Assembly: GCA_019634635.1 (NCBI GenBank)
Contig: JAHCBB010000006.1
Location: 115,211 to 179,210 of the forward strand
From: Verrucomicrobiia bacterium
Lineage (GTDB): Bacteria; Verrucomicrobiota; Verrucomicrobiia; Limisphaerales; UBA9464
Direction: 5' to 3'
DNA length: 64,000 nucleotides
The translations under genes and the position numbers were made by a program. A model generated the notes under the pieces. That model was not told the DNA's origin and searched no databases. It saw only the letters and a list, made by a program, of their open reading frames with translations. How positions within the stretch are numbered: the first letter of the stretch is position 1; every line of letters starts with the position of its first letter. Below, one piece after another: positions 53,538 through 63,044 of this stretch.

Positions 53538-53555
53538 TGGCCGGTACTCGGGGCG

Positions 53556-55283
53556 TCACCACGACGCCGTCGGGGCGGCGTGCGGGTCCACCGGGACATG
53601 GATGCACGCGGGCCTTCCGGATTCGAGGGCGCGTTGCATTGCGGGGCGGAATTGGCGGGGCTCCGTGACGAATTCGGCATGGCCGCCAAACAGCGCCACC
53701 AACTGTTCATATCGCAGCCCGGGAACATAGCGGGTCACCCGTTCCGGGTGGTCCGGTGGGAACAACGCGTCATCCCGCAGGGCTCCGGTGTTGCCGTCGT
53801 TATTGGCCACCACAATCACCACCGGAAGGCGGTGACGCACGGCGGACTCAAGGTCCATGGCGCTCATCGCGAAGCCGGTGTCCCCGCACAATGCCACGAC
53901 GCGGCGTCCCGGCGATGCGACCTGCGCGCCGATGGCGAAGGGGATGCCGCCGCCGATGATCCCGTTCATCCCCGGATCCAGCCAGGTCAGGGGCTCGCGG
54001 ATCTTGAACAACCGCTGTGCGGCGCCAAGGCAGACGTTCCCTTCGGCGACCAGGAAGACGCCCGGTGGCAGGGCATCGCGAAGCGCCAGCACCAGTTCCC
54101 GGGGTGCCATGGGAGTGGATTGCCGCGACGCCTCGGAAGTTTCGGTCCGATCCCGCGCCTGACGGATGGCTTCGTGCCACCCGGAATGTGGATGAGGGGA
54201 TCTTGAAGCACCGTCCGCGGCGAGGGCGCGGGTCAGCGACCGGAGGAACACTCCGGGCTGCCCGACCCAGCCGATCGTCGCGGGCACGTTGAGCCCGATG
54301 GCCGGCCCGTCGAGATCGGCGTGGATGACGCAGGCACCGGCAGCCACGCCGCTGCCGAAACGGAAGCGCCAGTCCAGGGACGCGCCAGCGAGGAGCACCA
54401 CATCGGCTTCACCCTGGATCCATCGGCGGGCGGCCCCGGCGGCCAGCGGATGGTCGTCCGGGAGGTAGCCCCGGGCCAGCGATGTGGAGATGAATGGGAT
54501 TCCGTTGGCCTCGACGAACTCCCGGACGTCGGAGGCGTCCAGGGACCATCGCAGGCCGTCGCCCACGACGAGCAGGGGACGCCTGGACTCGCGAATCCGC
54601 CGACAGGCGGCATCCAGCAGGGATTCCTCCGGAGCGGCGGGGTGGGGCGGCGACGGAACCTCCGGCATTGCGCACGCTGCCGTCGCCGTCAGCACATCCT
54701 CCGCGAGGTCGAGATACACGGGGCCTGGACGGCCATCCATGGCCCTTGAACAGGCCTCGATCACGGTCTTCGGGATGTCTTCGCACCGTTGCGGCGTGGC
54801 GGTCCAGCGGGTCAATGAGCCGGTGATCGGCCGCGCATCCAACTCCTGAAATTGTCCCGTGCCGGCCCCGGACAGGGCGCGGCGTCCTCCGAGGACCACC
54901 ACGGGCCATCCGTTGTCCCGGGCGACGAGCAATCCGGTGAGCGTGTTGGTCACCGCGGGTCCCGCGGACACCACAACCACGGATTCCAGCCGCCCCGCCA
55001 CATAGTTGCCCGCAGCCGCCGCCAGCACCGCCGTCTGTTGATGGCGCATGCCCAGCACGCGGATTCCACGGGCGGCGCATTCGGCGAGGACGGCGTCCAC
55101 GGGCGTGCCGGCGACGGTGTACACCTGGCGGATGCCACAGCGTTGCAGCGCCGCCGCCGTCCAGCCACTGCCGGACAGGGCGCCTGGATACAGCCGTTGG
55201 CGGAGACGGGCGAGTGCCGTGGATGTCAGGCTGGCGAGACGCCCGGTCAGCGGGGGTACGGACGGGTTCATCGGCAGGGGCAT
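53556..55283 (-). CDS. thiamine-diphosphate-dependent enzyme (acetolactate synthase / oxalyl-CoA decarboxylase family)
   Basis: 575 aa. TPP-binding motif GDTGFAMSAMDLESAVRHRLPVVIVVANNDGN. The N-terminal PYR domain has VSAGPAVTN and GQFQELD. Confidence 0.85.
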   Translation of the reverse strand: MPLPMNPSVPPLTGRLASLTSTALARLRQRLYPGALSGSGWTAAALQRCGIRQVYTVAGTPVDAVLAECAARGIRVLGMRHQQTAVLAAAAGNYVAGRLESVVVVSAGPAVTNTLTGLLVARDNGWPVVVLGGRRALSGAGTGQFQELDARPITGSLTRWTATPQRCEDIPKTVIEACSRAMDGRPGPVYLDLAEDVLTATAACAMPEVPSPPHPAAPEESLLDAACRRIRESRRPLLVVGDGLRWSLDASDVREFVEANGIPFISTSLARGYLPDDHPLAAGAARRWIQGEADVVLLAGASLDWRFRFGSGVAAGACVIHADLDGPAIGLNVPATIGWVGQPGVFLRSLTRALAADGASRSPHPHSGWHEAIRQARDRTETSEASRQSTPMAPRELVLALRDALPPGVFLVAEGNVCLGAAQRLFKIREPLTWLDPGMNGIIGGGIPFAIGAQVASPGRRVVALCGDTGFAMSAMDLESAVRHRLPVVIVVANNDGNTGALRDDALFPPDHPERVTRYVPGLRYEQLVALFGGHAEFVTEPRQFRPAMQRALESGRPACIHVPVDPHAAPTASW

Positions 55284-55324
55284 GTACCGCAGGCGGGTTC
55301 CGAGGGGGCCAATCCGCAGCCGGA

Positions 55325-57319
55325 TCAGGTGTGATGTCCGGGCGCGGCGCCTGGAGCCTCGTCGCCCAGACCCCGCAGCAGGGCCTCTTGTTCGGCAGGG
55401 GGCCGGCGGGCGATTTCCGCCGCAAGGCCATCAATCAACGCCTCACGCATCTGATCGAGTGCGACCGCGAACCGGGCGACCACGGGATTTCGAAACAGCG
55501 TTGCGGGCGGTATGTCGAACCCGAGGTGGGGTTGCAGCCGGTTGAGCACCCGGGTCGCGCGCAGCGAGTCGCCACCCAGTGCGAAGAAGTTGTCCATCCG
55601 CCCGACGCGCGGTTGTTCCAGCACCGCGGCAAATGCCCCGGCCACCTGTTGTTCCATCGGGGTCGCGGGTTCGGCGAAGGGCGCGGACAGCGCCGCGGCG
55701 AAGCGGTCGGCAAGGCCCGTCCGCTGGAGCTTTCCCGTCGCCCCCTTGGGCAGGGCTTCAACGAGGAGGATCCGGCCGGGCACCTTGAACGCCGGCAATC
55801 GGCCGAACGCGTGGAGGCGCAGGGCCTCCTCGGTGAGGCGCGCTCCCGGTTGCGGAACGACGGCGGCTGCCACGTCCTCACCCAGCGTGGGGTGCGGCAC
55901 CGCAAACGCGACCGCCTCGGCCACCCCGTCAACGGCGAGCAGCACCTCGTCCACTTCGCGTGGTGCGATCTTTTCGCCCCCGCGGTTGATGAGGTCCTTC
56001 AACCGGCCGGTGAGGAACAGGTAGCCGTCGGCGTCGAGACGCCCCTGGTCCCCGGTTCGAAACCATCCGCCAACCCATGCCGTTGCGTTGTCTGTGGCCT
56101 CCTCGTAGCCGCGGGTGACGGACGGACCACGAATGACGACCTCACCCACGACCTCGGGCGGCAGGAGGTCCCCGGCGGGGCCCAGGATCGCCACTTCCGG
56201 GCCGGCGGCGGGTCCGACCGATCCGGGTTTGCGCGGGCGGGGAGGCAGGGGATTGCTCGCCATCTGGTGCGCGGCCTCCGTCATGCCGTACGACTCAATG
56301 ACCGGCACACCGAACGTCTCCTCCAATCCCATCATCAGGCTTGGGGGCAGCGCGGCCGAGGAGGAGCGGATGAGACGGAGCGTGTGGCGTCCGCCGGGCC
56401 CCCCGGCGGCCCGTACCCGGGACAGGATCGTTTGATGAAGGGTGGGTACTGCCGAGTACCAGGTGGGTTCCCATTGCTTCAGGGCGTCGAGAAATGCGTC
56501 GGCATCCGGCCGATCCGGGCAGACCACGCTGCCCGCCGATACGATCGGGGCGAGCAGGCCCGCGACCAGGCCGTGAATGTGGAAAAGCGGCATCAGGTTG
56601 AGGCATCGGTCGTCGGGTCCGAGCCGGAGGGTTTCGCCAATGGCCCGGGCCGACGCCAGCAGGTTGGCCTGCGTGAGCGGAACTCGCTTGGGTCGCGACG
56701 TGGTGCCCGAAGTGTGCAGCACCAGGGCCACATCCTCCGCCGATCCGGGCGTCCCCGACACGACCGGGGTCGGTGGCGCTTCCGGCAGGGAAAGCGAGGG
56801 GAACCGGGCGGGGTCCGATCGAAGCCGGAGGACCTCGATGCCCAGCCGGATCGCGAGGTCCCGGGCGGTGTCCGACTCCGCAAAAGCATCCGAGGCGATC
56901 AGACGGCGCGCCCCGAGGCTTTGCAGTTGAAACTCGAGGTCGGCGGGCGGCGCCTGGGAGTTGACGGGGGCGGCCACGGACCAGGAGGCCACGGCGAGAA
57001 AGGCCAGCGCCAGCTCCGGACCTTGCGGAATTGCCAGCGCCACCCGGTCCTGCGGTCCGATGCCCAGGCGACGCAATGTGGCGCCGAACTCCGCAACGAA
57101 ATCCCAGAGGCGATCGTACGACAGCGGCTCCCGGTGGGGGCCCAGCACTGCGGAACGGCCGGGGTGTTGAAGGGCGGTGCTGGACAGCACCGCTGCCAGG
57201 GAGGTCTCCGGGTTGAGGCCGGTGATGGGATCCCGCGCCGGGGGAACCTGCGAGGTGGGTGATGCCGAAGGCGTGCGGTCCACCCGGAGGAGCCTATGGG
57301 GTTTCCGATTCCGGCGCAT
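55325..57319 (-). CDS. adenylation (AMP-binding) domain fused to a peptidyl/acyl carrier protein domain (A-T didomain)
   Basis: Contains LHTSGTTSRPKRV and TGDQGRLDADGYLFLTGRLKDLINRGGEKI. The carrier site is FFALGGDSLRATRV. The start is uncertain: ATG candidates at 57415, 57379, 57355 and 57319, of which I list 57319. Confidence 0.85.
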   Translation of the reverse strand: MRRNRKPHRLLRVDRTPSASPTSQVPPARDPITGLNPETSLAAVLSSTALQHPGRSAVLGPHREPLSYDRLWDFVAEFGATLRRLGIGPQDRVALAIPQGPELALAFLAVASWSVAAPVNSQAPPADLEFQLQSLGARRLIASDAFAESDTARDLAIRLGIEVLRLRSDPARFPSLSLPEAPPTPVVSGTPGSAEDVALVLHTSGTTSRPKRVPLTQANLLASARAIGETLRLGPDDRCLNLMPLFHIHGLVAGLLAPIVSAGSVVCPDRPDADAFLDALKQWEPTWYSAVPTLHQTILSRVRAAGGPGGRHTLRLIRSSSAALPPSLMMGLEETFGVPVIESYGMTEAAHQMASNPLPPRPRKPGSVGPAAGPEVAILGPAGDLLPPEVVGEVVIRGPSVTRGYEEATDNATAWVGGWFRTGDQGRLDADGYLFLTGRLKDLINRGGEKIAPREVDEVLLAVDGVAEAVAFAVPHPTLGEDVAAAVVPQPGARLTEEALRLHAFGRLPAFKVPGRILLVEALPKGATGKLQRTGLADRFAAALSAPFAEPATPMEQQVAGAFAAVLEQPRVGRMDNFFALGGDSLRATRVLNRLQPHLGFDIPPATLFRNPVVARFAVALDQMREALIDGLAAEIARRPPAEQEALLRGLGDEAPGAAPGHHT

Positions 57320-57548
57320 CCACGGAATGCCCTTCGCCACGCGCGCGCTTGCCATCGGGGACTTGAGCCATGGAACCATCACGCGCTTCGCGGCGATGAA
57401 CGATCTCAGCGGCAAGGTGCTTCAATTCCAGAAGAGGCGGCACCGGCATCAGGAATGGATCCGGTTTCTGGGAGGCAAGGATCCTGCTTGACTTTCCTTC
57501 GCGGATGGCAGCAACTCGTTTCGACAACCTCAAACCGAACGTGAACTT

Positions 57549-57623
57549 CCCCGGCCCGACCTCTCCCCGGCCCGACCTCTCCCCGGCCCGACCTCTCCCC
57601 GGCCCGACCTCTCCCCGGCCCGA
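57549..57623. repeat. perfect 16-bp tandem repeat, 4 full copies plus an 11-nt partial copy
   Basis: ccccggcccgacctct occurs at 57549, 57565, 57581 and 57597, then ccccggcccga at 57613-57623. No mismatches. Confidence 0.97.
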
Positions 57624-57755
57624 GGAACCATCCTTCTGTTAGCAGCACTCCTGGCAGGAGTTGCTCTCCAGGCTCAACAAGAACGCTGGACTTCGCCAAA
57701 CGGCACTGGTGACGGAACAAGCACCAACGCGCCGAAGAAGTTCACCAACCTTGCG

Positions 57756-60700
57756 GTGAACGAGTGGCTCGATCAGACGAATGCGCTTCCGAATCTGACG
57801 ATCTACTTCCTCCCTGGAGACTACATGGTGGGTGGCACCAACAAGGGCCATACTAGCACCTCGGACGCGATCTGGATCAAGGGAAACACCAACCGAATCG
57901 TGCGCCTTGTGGGCATTCCCGACGCCAACGGCATTCGTCCACGGCTGGTGTTGGGGCCGCGGTCAGACACCAATAGCTGGCCCAATGAAAATTCCGCCCA
58001 CCAGTGGTTGATTCGCGTTGGTGCCTCAGGGACTCCCCTTAAGAACTTCTACCTCGACACCATCCAGGTCGAGAACCTCGTCCTGGATGGCAACTTTGGG
58101 GGCTTGGGAGCGTGGACCTCAGAGGCCAACGCCGGCGGCTATAAATCCTTTGCCCTCGATCTGGCGGCTTTCCGAGGCAGGGTTCGCAACGTCCTCATCC
58201 AGAACTTCGGTTCCGTCGGAAAGGTTCCCCTATCCCATCTCGACGGATTCGGGGGTGTGGAGGGATTCCCGGTTTTCATCCATACCTTTGATGACGGACA
58301 GGCCAATTTTCCGGGTGCCCCCGCGCCCTGGATCATCGAGGACGTCGAGGTTTCGAATTTCGGGGCACTCCATGCGGGATACTCGACAATCCTCATGCCC
58401 CACGTGTACCGAAATTCCAATGCACCCAGCACCACCCCGGTGGCCATCGTAAGACGATGCCAGGTGCGGGGCAATCCACGAACCATCGGGTCGGGCACCG
58501 GAGGTCGCTCGAGCGAATACCCCACGATCGCCAACTGGACCAATCACGCGGCCTTTACCGCCTCGGGCCGGATTCTCTTTGAGGACAATGTCTTCCTCAA
58601 CGTGGGCAGCGGGTTCAATTTGGACACCGGGACCCTCGGACCGCTGGTTTGGAACAACAACGCGTTTCTGGATGCAACGGTGCTTGGCTTTTTGGGAATT
58701 CCGGACAATTGGGGAGACCCCACCCAGAGGGGCCTCTTCGTCACCAACAACCTCATCCGGCTCGCGGGAAGAAATTTTCACCAGAATTACAGCGACATCT
58801 GCATAAACGATCCCGAAACCGCCCAGACCAACCCGAACTTGGGGCTGGGCCGGATCGAGACCAACGACTGCCATGGTCTCATCATCCGCGGTCGTGCGGG
58901 CGATGTGCATTTTCAGCACAACGACCTGACCACCTGGCCCCTGGCCAGCTTTTTCCGCCCAGATCCGGGTAACAGCGGGCAGTCCGTTTTCCGCCCCATC
59001 TGGAAGATTCCGACACTGTCGAACATCAACTGTTCCATTTATTCGCGGACCCGGGAGCCGGTGACCAACATGGTGCTCACCGCCAACCGGCTCTCGACGG
59101 TTGGCTATGACGTCACCAGTCCGACCCTTCTGCCCACCGCGACGTACGCATCCTTCACCCCCACATCGGCACCCCTGTACAACGACCTCCGAACCGCTGT
59201 ATCGCCCTCACCGGGCGGCTTCCAGCCTGCCGGCCGCCTGGAGCGGGTCGGCATGATCACCAATGGCTCCGGCCGCCTGACGGCCGTCCGGGAAGTGCAG
59301 ATCGGCCAGACCTCGTACTCAACCACCAACAACGGCACCCTCACGGTCGTCGTCCGAGTCGCCGATCAGCGCCTGGCTGCCGGTGGGGTGACCGGAACGC
59401 TGCCGGTTTCCGGGGTCTCGTTGAGACTGACCAACGCCATCATTCACCCCAATGGGAGCGTCACCAGCCATCTCATCGCGCAGACCAGCACCAACAATGG
59501 AACGGCAACGTTCACCCTCTCCAATCTGGCCGGGATCCACGGGATGTGCCGCCTGGCGGCCTTTGCGGATCTGGGAGCCGCCAACGGGCTGCTGGATCCC
59601 GATCGCGATGCCTGGTCCAGCCACAGTTTTCCCCTGGGAACAACGGTTGAACTGACCGCAAGTCCGGACGTGGGCGATGACAAGAATACGGCCTCCGCAA
59701 AGCGGGCCCGCATCCGCGTGCGTCGCAGCGGTCCCACCAGCAGCTCCCTTTCGGTCAACCTCTCCCTCCATTCGGGCGTGTTCGTTCGTCCCAACAATTT
59801 GAGCGATCTTGCGGCGACCTACGGGACTTCGGGCACCGCCGATTACTACATTTCCAACGGCACCGGCACCTGGTCCACCAGCAGCCCGTTCACCAACGGC
59901 ACCATCACCATCCCGGCGGGCAGCGACACCGCGGACGTGCAGATCGTCACCCGTGAGGACAACCTGACCGAGCAGAACATCATCGTGGCCCGCCTGGCCC
60001 TCTCTGCAAACTACGCGCCCGGGCTGTCCACCAACGTGCATGTCCTGATCTTTGACGGGCCGATGTGGACCCTCAAAGAGCTTTCCACTGATAACTCCGG
60101 ATACTATACAATTAATTCCCAAGCATACGCTCTGAATGACCTCAACGGGAGCACCCAACCCCGGGCGGCTGGTTTCGGTGATTTCGGCACCCTCAGCGGT
60201 ACCAACCTGATCTATGTTGCCTCGCGAGGAGGCCACTGGCAGCTTCCAAACGTGGCGTTCAACCCCATTGAGGATATGCAGTACTATGGGATCAGCACCG
60301 CCCCAATTCACCTGGTAGGGGGGGTGGGAAGCAATGCGCGCGTCCGGGTGCTTGGAGGTTCCGCAACTAATCTGCCCCACCTCTCCAGCGGTCCGAGCAC
60401 CGCATGGGGCATTGTCTCCAATGCAGCCTTGATCGTCGGGAGGAGCCGCAATGCGAACTCCACAAGTCGTCCAACCACCTGGGTGTGGGCCTCAACAAAC
60501 ACGGGCTATACACCGTTTGATGTCGGAGGCAATCTTAACAGTAGTTGGCCCGGGGAGGCATATGGCGCAAATTTAAACAACCAGGTAATCGGAGAACTTC
60601 GTGTGACCTACCAGAGCGGCCTGTCGAACTACGTGGCATTTCGCAGCCAAGCAGGCACGAGCGTCAAGGGCCTTGAGTTTAATCCGTCCGACGGTGCCGG

Positions 60701-61184
60701 CGATATTTTAAGAGCCCCCGGAACGAGTGGGGGTCAGAATCTCAAATCCAGAGGCACAGCGGTCAATAGTTCGGGTCACGCAGTGGGGTGGTATGAAACC
60801 GACTCGGCAGTAAGACGGGCGGTCTATTGGCCGAGTTCTGGATTGGGATCCCAGTCCAGTTCATTGGATCTTAATGCTTGGAAAGCTCGTATTGGTACAT
60901 CTGAAGACTCCCGAAGTTCTGCAAACGCCATCTCCAGTTCTGGTTGGATTGCAGGCTGGTCAAATACAAATAATTCACCTGGAAGAGCAGTGCTCAAAAG
61001 AAGTCCAAACGCCAGTGCGACCGACTGGGTTGATTTGAATGACCCGCACTTCACTCATGCCCCAAGTGGATGGATTCTGAAGGACGCGTCAGGCATAAAT
61101 GCCTCGGGCCAAATTGTCGGGAATGGGTTGTTTAATGGAAGCCAGCGCGCGTTTGTATTAATTCCAAGGACCTCTGGAAATTAG
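57756..61184 (+). CDS. large secreted/surface protein: N-terminal right-handed beta-helix-like region, central Calx-beta-like segment, C-terminal HAF-type repeats; 5' end unresolved
   Basis: 1142-aa track ORF from GTG 57756. The frame stays open upstream to 57492 and encodes a signal-peptide core at 57621-57689, but there is no in-frame start there. C-terminal repeats (AYALNDLNG, AYGANLNNQVIGE, GTAVNSSGHAVGW, ASGINASGQIVGNG...RAFVL) resemble the HAF extracellular repeat. Confidence 0.75.
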   Translation: MNEWLDQTNALPNLTIYFLPGDYMVGGTNKGHTSTSDAIWIKGNTNRIVRLVGIPDANGIRPRLVLGPRSDTNSWPNENSAHQWLIRVGASGTPLKNFYLDTIQVENLVLDGNFGGLGAWTSEANAGGYKSFALDLAAFRGRVRNVLIQNFGSVGKVPLSHLDGFGGVEGFPVFIHTFDDGQANFPGAPAPWIIEDVEVSNFGALHAGYSTILMPHVYRNSNAPSTTPVAIVRRCQVRGNPRTIGSGTGGRSSEYPTIANWTNHAAFTASGRILFEDNVFLNVGSGFNLDTGTLGPLVWNNNAFLDATVLGFLGIPDNWGDPTQRGLFVTNNLIRLAGRNFHQNYSDICINDPETAQTNPNLGLGRIETNDCHGLIIRGRAGDVHFQHNDLTTWPLASFFRPDPGNSGQSVFRPIWKIPTLSNINCSIYSRTREPVTNMVLTANRLSTVGYDVTSPTLLPTATYASFTPTSAPLYNDLRTAVSPSPGGFQPAGRLERVGMITNGSGRLTAVREVQIGQTSYSTTNNGTLTVVVRVADQRLAAGGVTGTLPVSGVSLRLTNAIIHPNGSVTSHLIAQTSTNNGTATFTLSNLAGIHGMCRLAAFADLGAANGLLDPDRDAWSSHSFPLGTTVELTASPDVGDDKNTASAKRARIRVRRSGPTSSSLSVNLSLHSGVFVRPNNLSDLAATYGTSGTADYYISNGTGTWSTSSPFTNGTITIPAGSDTADVQIVTREDNLTEQNIIVARLALSANYAPGLSTNVHVLIFDGPMWTLKELSTDNSGYYTINSQAYALNDLNGSTQPRAAGFGDFGTLSGTNLIYVASRGGHWQLPNVAFNPIEDMQYYGISTAPIHLVGGVGSNARVRVLGGSATNLPHLSSGPSTAWGIVSNAALIVGRSRNANSTSRPTTWVWASTNTGYTPFDVGGNLNSSWPGEAYGANLNNQVIGELRVTYQSGLSNYVAFRSQAGTSVKGLEFNPSDGAGDILRAPGTSGGQNLKSRGTAVNSSGHAVGWYETDSAVRRAVYWPSSGLGSQSSSLDLNAWKARIGTSEDSRSSANAISSSGWIAGWSNTNNSPGRAVLKRSPNASATDWVDLNDPHFTHAPSGWILKDASGINASGQIVGNGLFNGSQRAFVLIPRTSGN

Positions 61185-61200
61185 TAGGTCCACCACGAAG

Positions 61201-61977
61201 ATGAAACGTACATATGTCAGCGCTCTTCTGAGCTGCACGGTGTTTGCCTCCGCACAGCCGATCCCGAATCTAGGGTTGATTGAAGCCATTGACTTCGACG
61301 AGAATGGCACGACCGACATCGGGTACGTATCGGATGGAATAAAATCTGCTGACACCCCGGAAACGTGGCGAGTGAGCTATGGCATCGCACCTTGGAACGC
61401 TTCACGGTTCGTTCGTGCGACCAGCAGGCGCCTGCCGTTTCTTGCTGGAGAGATTGTGGACGTCAGGAAGCAATCTCTCACCAATTACTTTCCCGATCCG
61501 CCACGTCCTCCATCAGAGAACTATGGTATTCGCCTTCTTGAGTATCGGGCCATCATGAAGAACGACTGGGAATTTGCGACGATCGGTGAATCCGCGTTTG
61601 AACGCGAGAAGGATCTTCTTCTCGGCCTGCGGCTCGCCCTTGTGACGGGTTTCCACCACGGCTGGCTCCGGCTCAGCCGTCCGGTGGTGGACAGCCACAC
61701 GCCGTTTGAGGTGACGGGGGTCGCCTTCCACCCGGTACCCGGGGAACCGATCGTTGCCGGTGAGGCACCCCCGCTGCCTCCGATCCAGCACCGCCTGGAT
61801 TCTGAAGGCCTCGCGCTTTGGTGGGACGTGCGCTGGGGCAACCTGCTGCTGGAAACCGCCGATCACCTCGACCCTCCCGTGGAGTGGGAACCGGTGGCGG
61901 TCGCAGCCGGCGGTCCGATCACCGTGGCCGGCGGGGAGGAATCCCGGCGGTTCTATCGTTTGCGTGTTCCTCCATGA
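61201..61977 (+). CDS. secreted protein of unknown function
   Basis: 258 aa. Signal peptide [20 protein letters not shown]. 16 bp after the upstream stop. Its own stop overlaps the next start (ATGA). Confidence 0.6.
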   Translation: MKRTYVSALLSCTVFASAQPIPNLGLIEAIDFDENGTTDIGYVSDGIKSADTPETWRVSYGIAPWNASRFVRATSRRLPFLAGEIVDVRKQSLTNYFPDPPRPPSENYGIRLLEYRAIMKNDWEFATIGESAFEREKDLLLGLRLALVTGFHHGWLRLSRPVVDSHTPFEVTGVAFHPVPGEPIVAGEAPPLPPIQHRLDSEGLALWWDVRWGNLLLETADHLDPPVEWEPVAVAAGGPITVAGGEESRRFYRLRVPP

Positions 61978-62885
61978 ACCTTGCAAAGCCCAGCGATCGG
62001 GCAAGCTTCAGCCGCGCGAGGTCCTGGTGTATGGGGCGGGAATCGCGCGGAAGGCGGAGGGGGTTCACGCTGGTGGAACTTCTGGTGGTCGTCGCGGTGA
62101 TCGCCCTGCTGGCCGGCCTGCTGTTGCCCGCACTGATCGGTGCGCGGCAGAAGGCCGGTGCGGTGGCGTGCGTCAACAACCTGCGCCAGCTCACGCTGGC
62201 GTGGTTGTTGTATGCACCGGATTGCCGGGACTGGATGTCCCCGTCGGAGACGAGCACCGGCGAACCCCATCTGCCGCGATGGGTGGAGGGCTACTACCTG
62301 GGCATCATGAGCGATGCCGACGCCGCGAATACGGACCAGCTCCTGGCGCCCGGCCCCGGTCACCTCGGGCCGTATTTGCGCGAAGCCCGCGTGTTTCGTT
62401 GTCCGGATGACCACAGCCGGGCCAACTTGGTCAAGAACCGGGGTGCGCGTCGTTCGCGCAGTTACTCGATGAACAATTTCATCGTCTTCGGTGGCAGCGG
62501 CGTGGGACGCCTGCCCGATGGGGAACTCGCGTACGATCCGGTGGCGTTGGTGCGCATGGACGACTTTCGGGCCGTGTCGCCCTCGGGATTCTACGTGTTC
62601 ATTGACTCCCATCCGTGGACCCTCACCCACGGGATGTTTCTCATCCAGCCTGGCCTTCCGCCGGAGGAGTACGCCTGGGTTGGCAAGTGGCCGGCCGGAC
62701 GGCGCGCGCGGCGGTGTCCCGTGAGCTTTGCCGATGGTCACGTGGAGCTTCGTAAATGGGTGGATTCCCGCACTGCCCCGGTGATCCGAACCCTTGAGGA
62801 GGCTTCCGCAGCTGCGGACATCAACCGCCGGAACAACCCCGACTTCCTCTGGCTCTGGGAGCGTGCCTGGGATCCGGGGAGGTGA
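61974..62885 (+). CDS. prepilin-type N-terminal cleavage/methylation domain protein (DUF1559-like)
   Basis: Start set at ATG 61974 (MNLAKPSD...[35 protein letters not shown]). C-terminal [12 protein letters not shown]. Confidence 0.8.
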   Translation: MNLAKPSDRASFSRARSWCMGRESRGRRRGFTLVELLVVVAVIALLAGLLLPALIGARQKAGAVACVNNLRQLTLAWLLYAPDCRDWMSPSETSTGEPHLPRWVEGYYLGIMSDADAANTDQLLAPGPGHLGPYLREARVFRCPDDHSRANLVKNRGARRSRSYSMNNFIVFGGSGVGRLPDGELAYDPVALVRMDDFRAVSPSGFYVFIDSHPWTLTHGMFLIQPGLPPEEYAWVGKWPAGRRARRCPVSFADGHVELRKWVDSRTAPVIRTLEEASAAADINRRNNPDFLWLWERAWDPGR

Positions 62886-63044
62886 CGGGTGGACTGGGGA
62901 CGGAACCCGCAGCGACCGGAGGGGATCTCAAACGGTTCCGGAGGTCCCGACCGGAATTTGGACGAATTTGATGTCGCCCATTCCAGGTGTCGGCAGTCTT
63001 CCGTCGGCGAATGGGCGTCGTTCAAACCTGAGCAGGTCTTTCGT

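Noticed and set aside
57406-57720. A 104-aa minus-strand ORF through the 16-bp repeat (GPGRGRAGE... text), and the possibility that the repeat encodes a collagen-like or low-complexity peptide.
   Set aside because: A 16-bp period cannot maintain a reading frame. The ORF has no other support and lies in the divergent intergenic/5' region.
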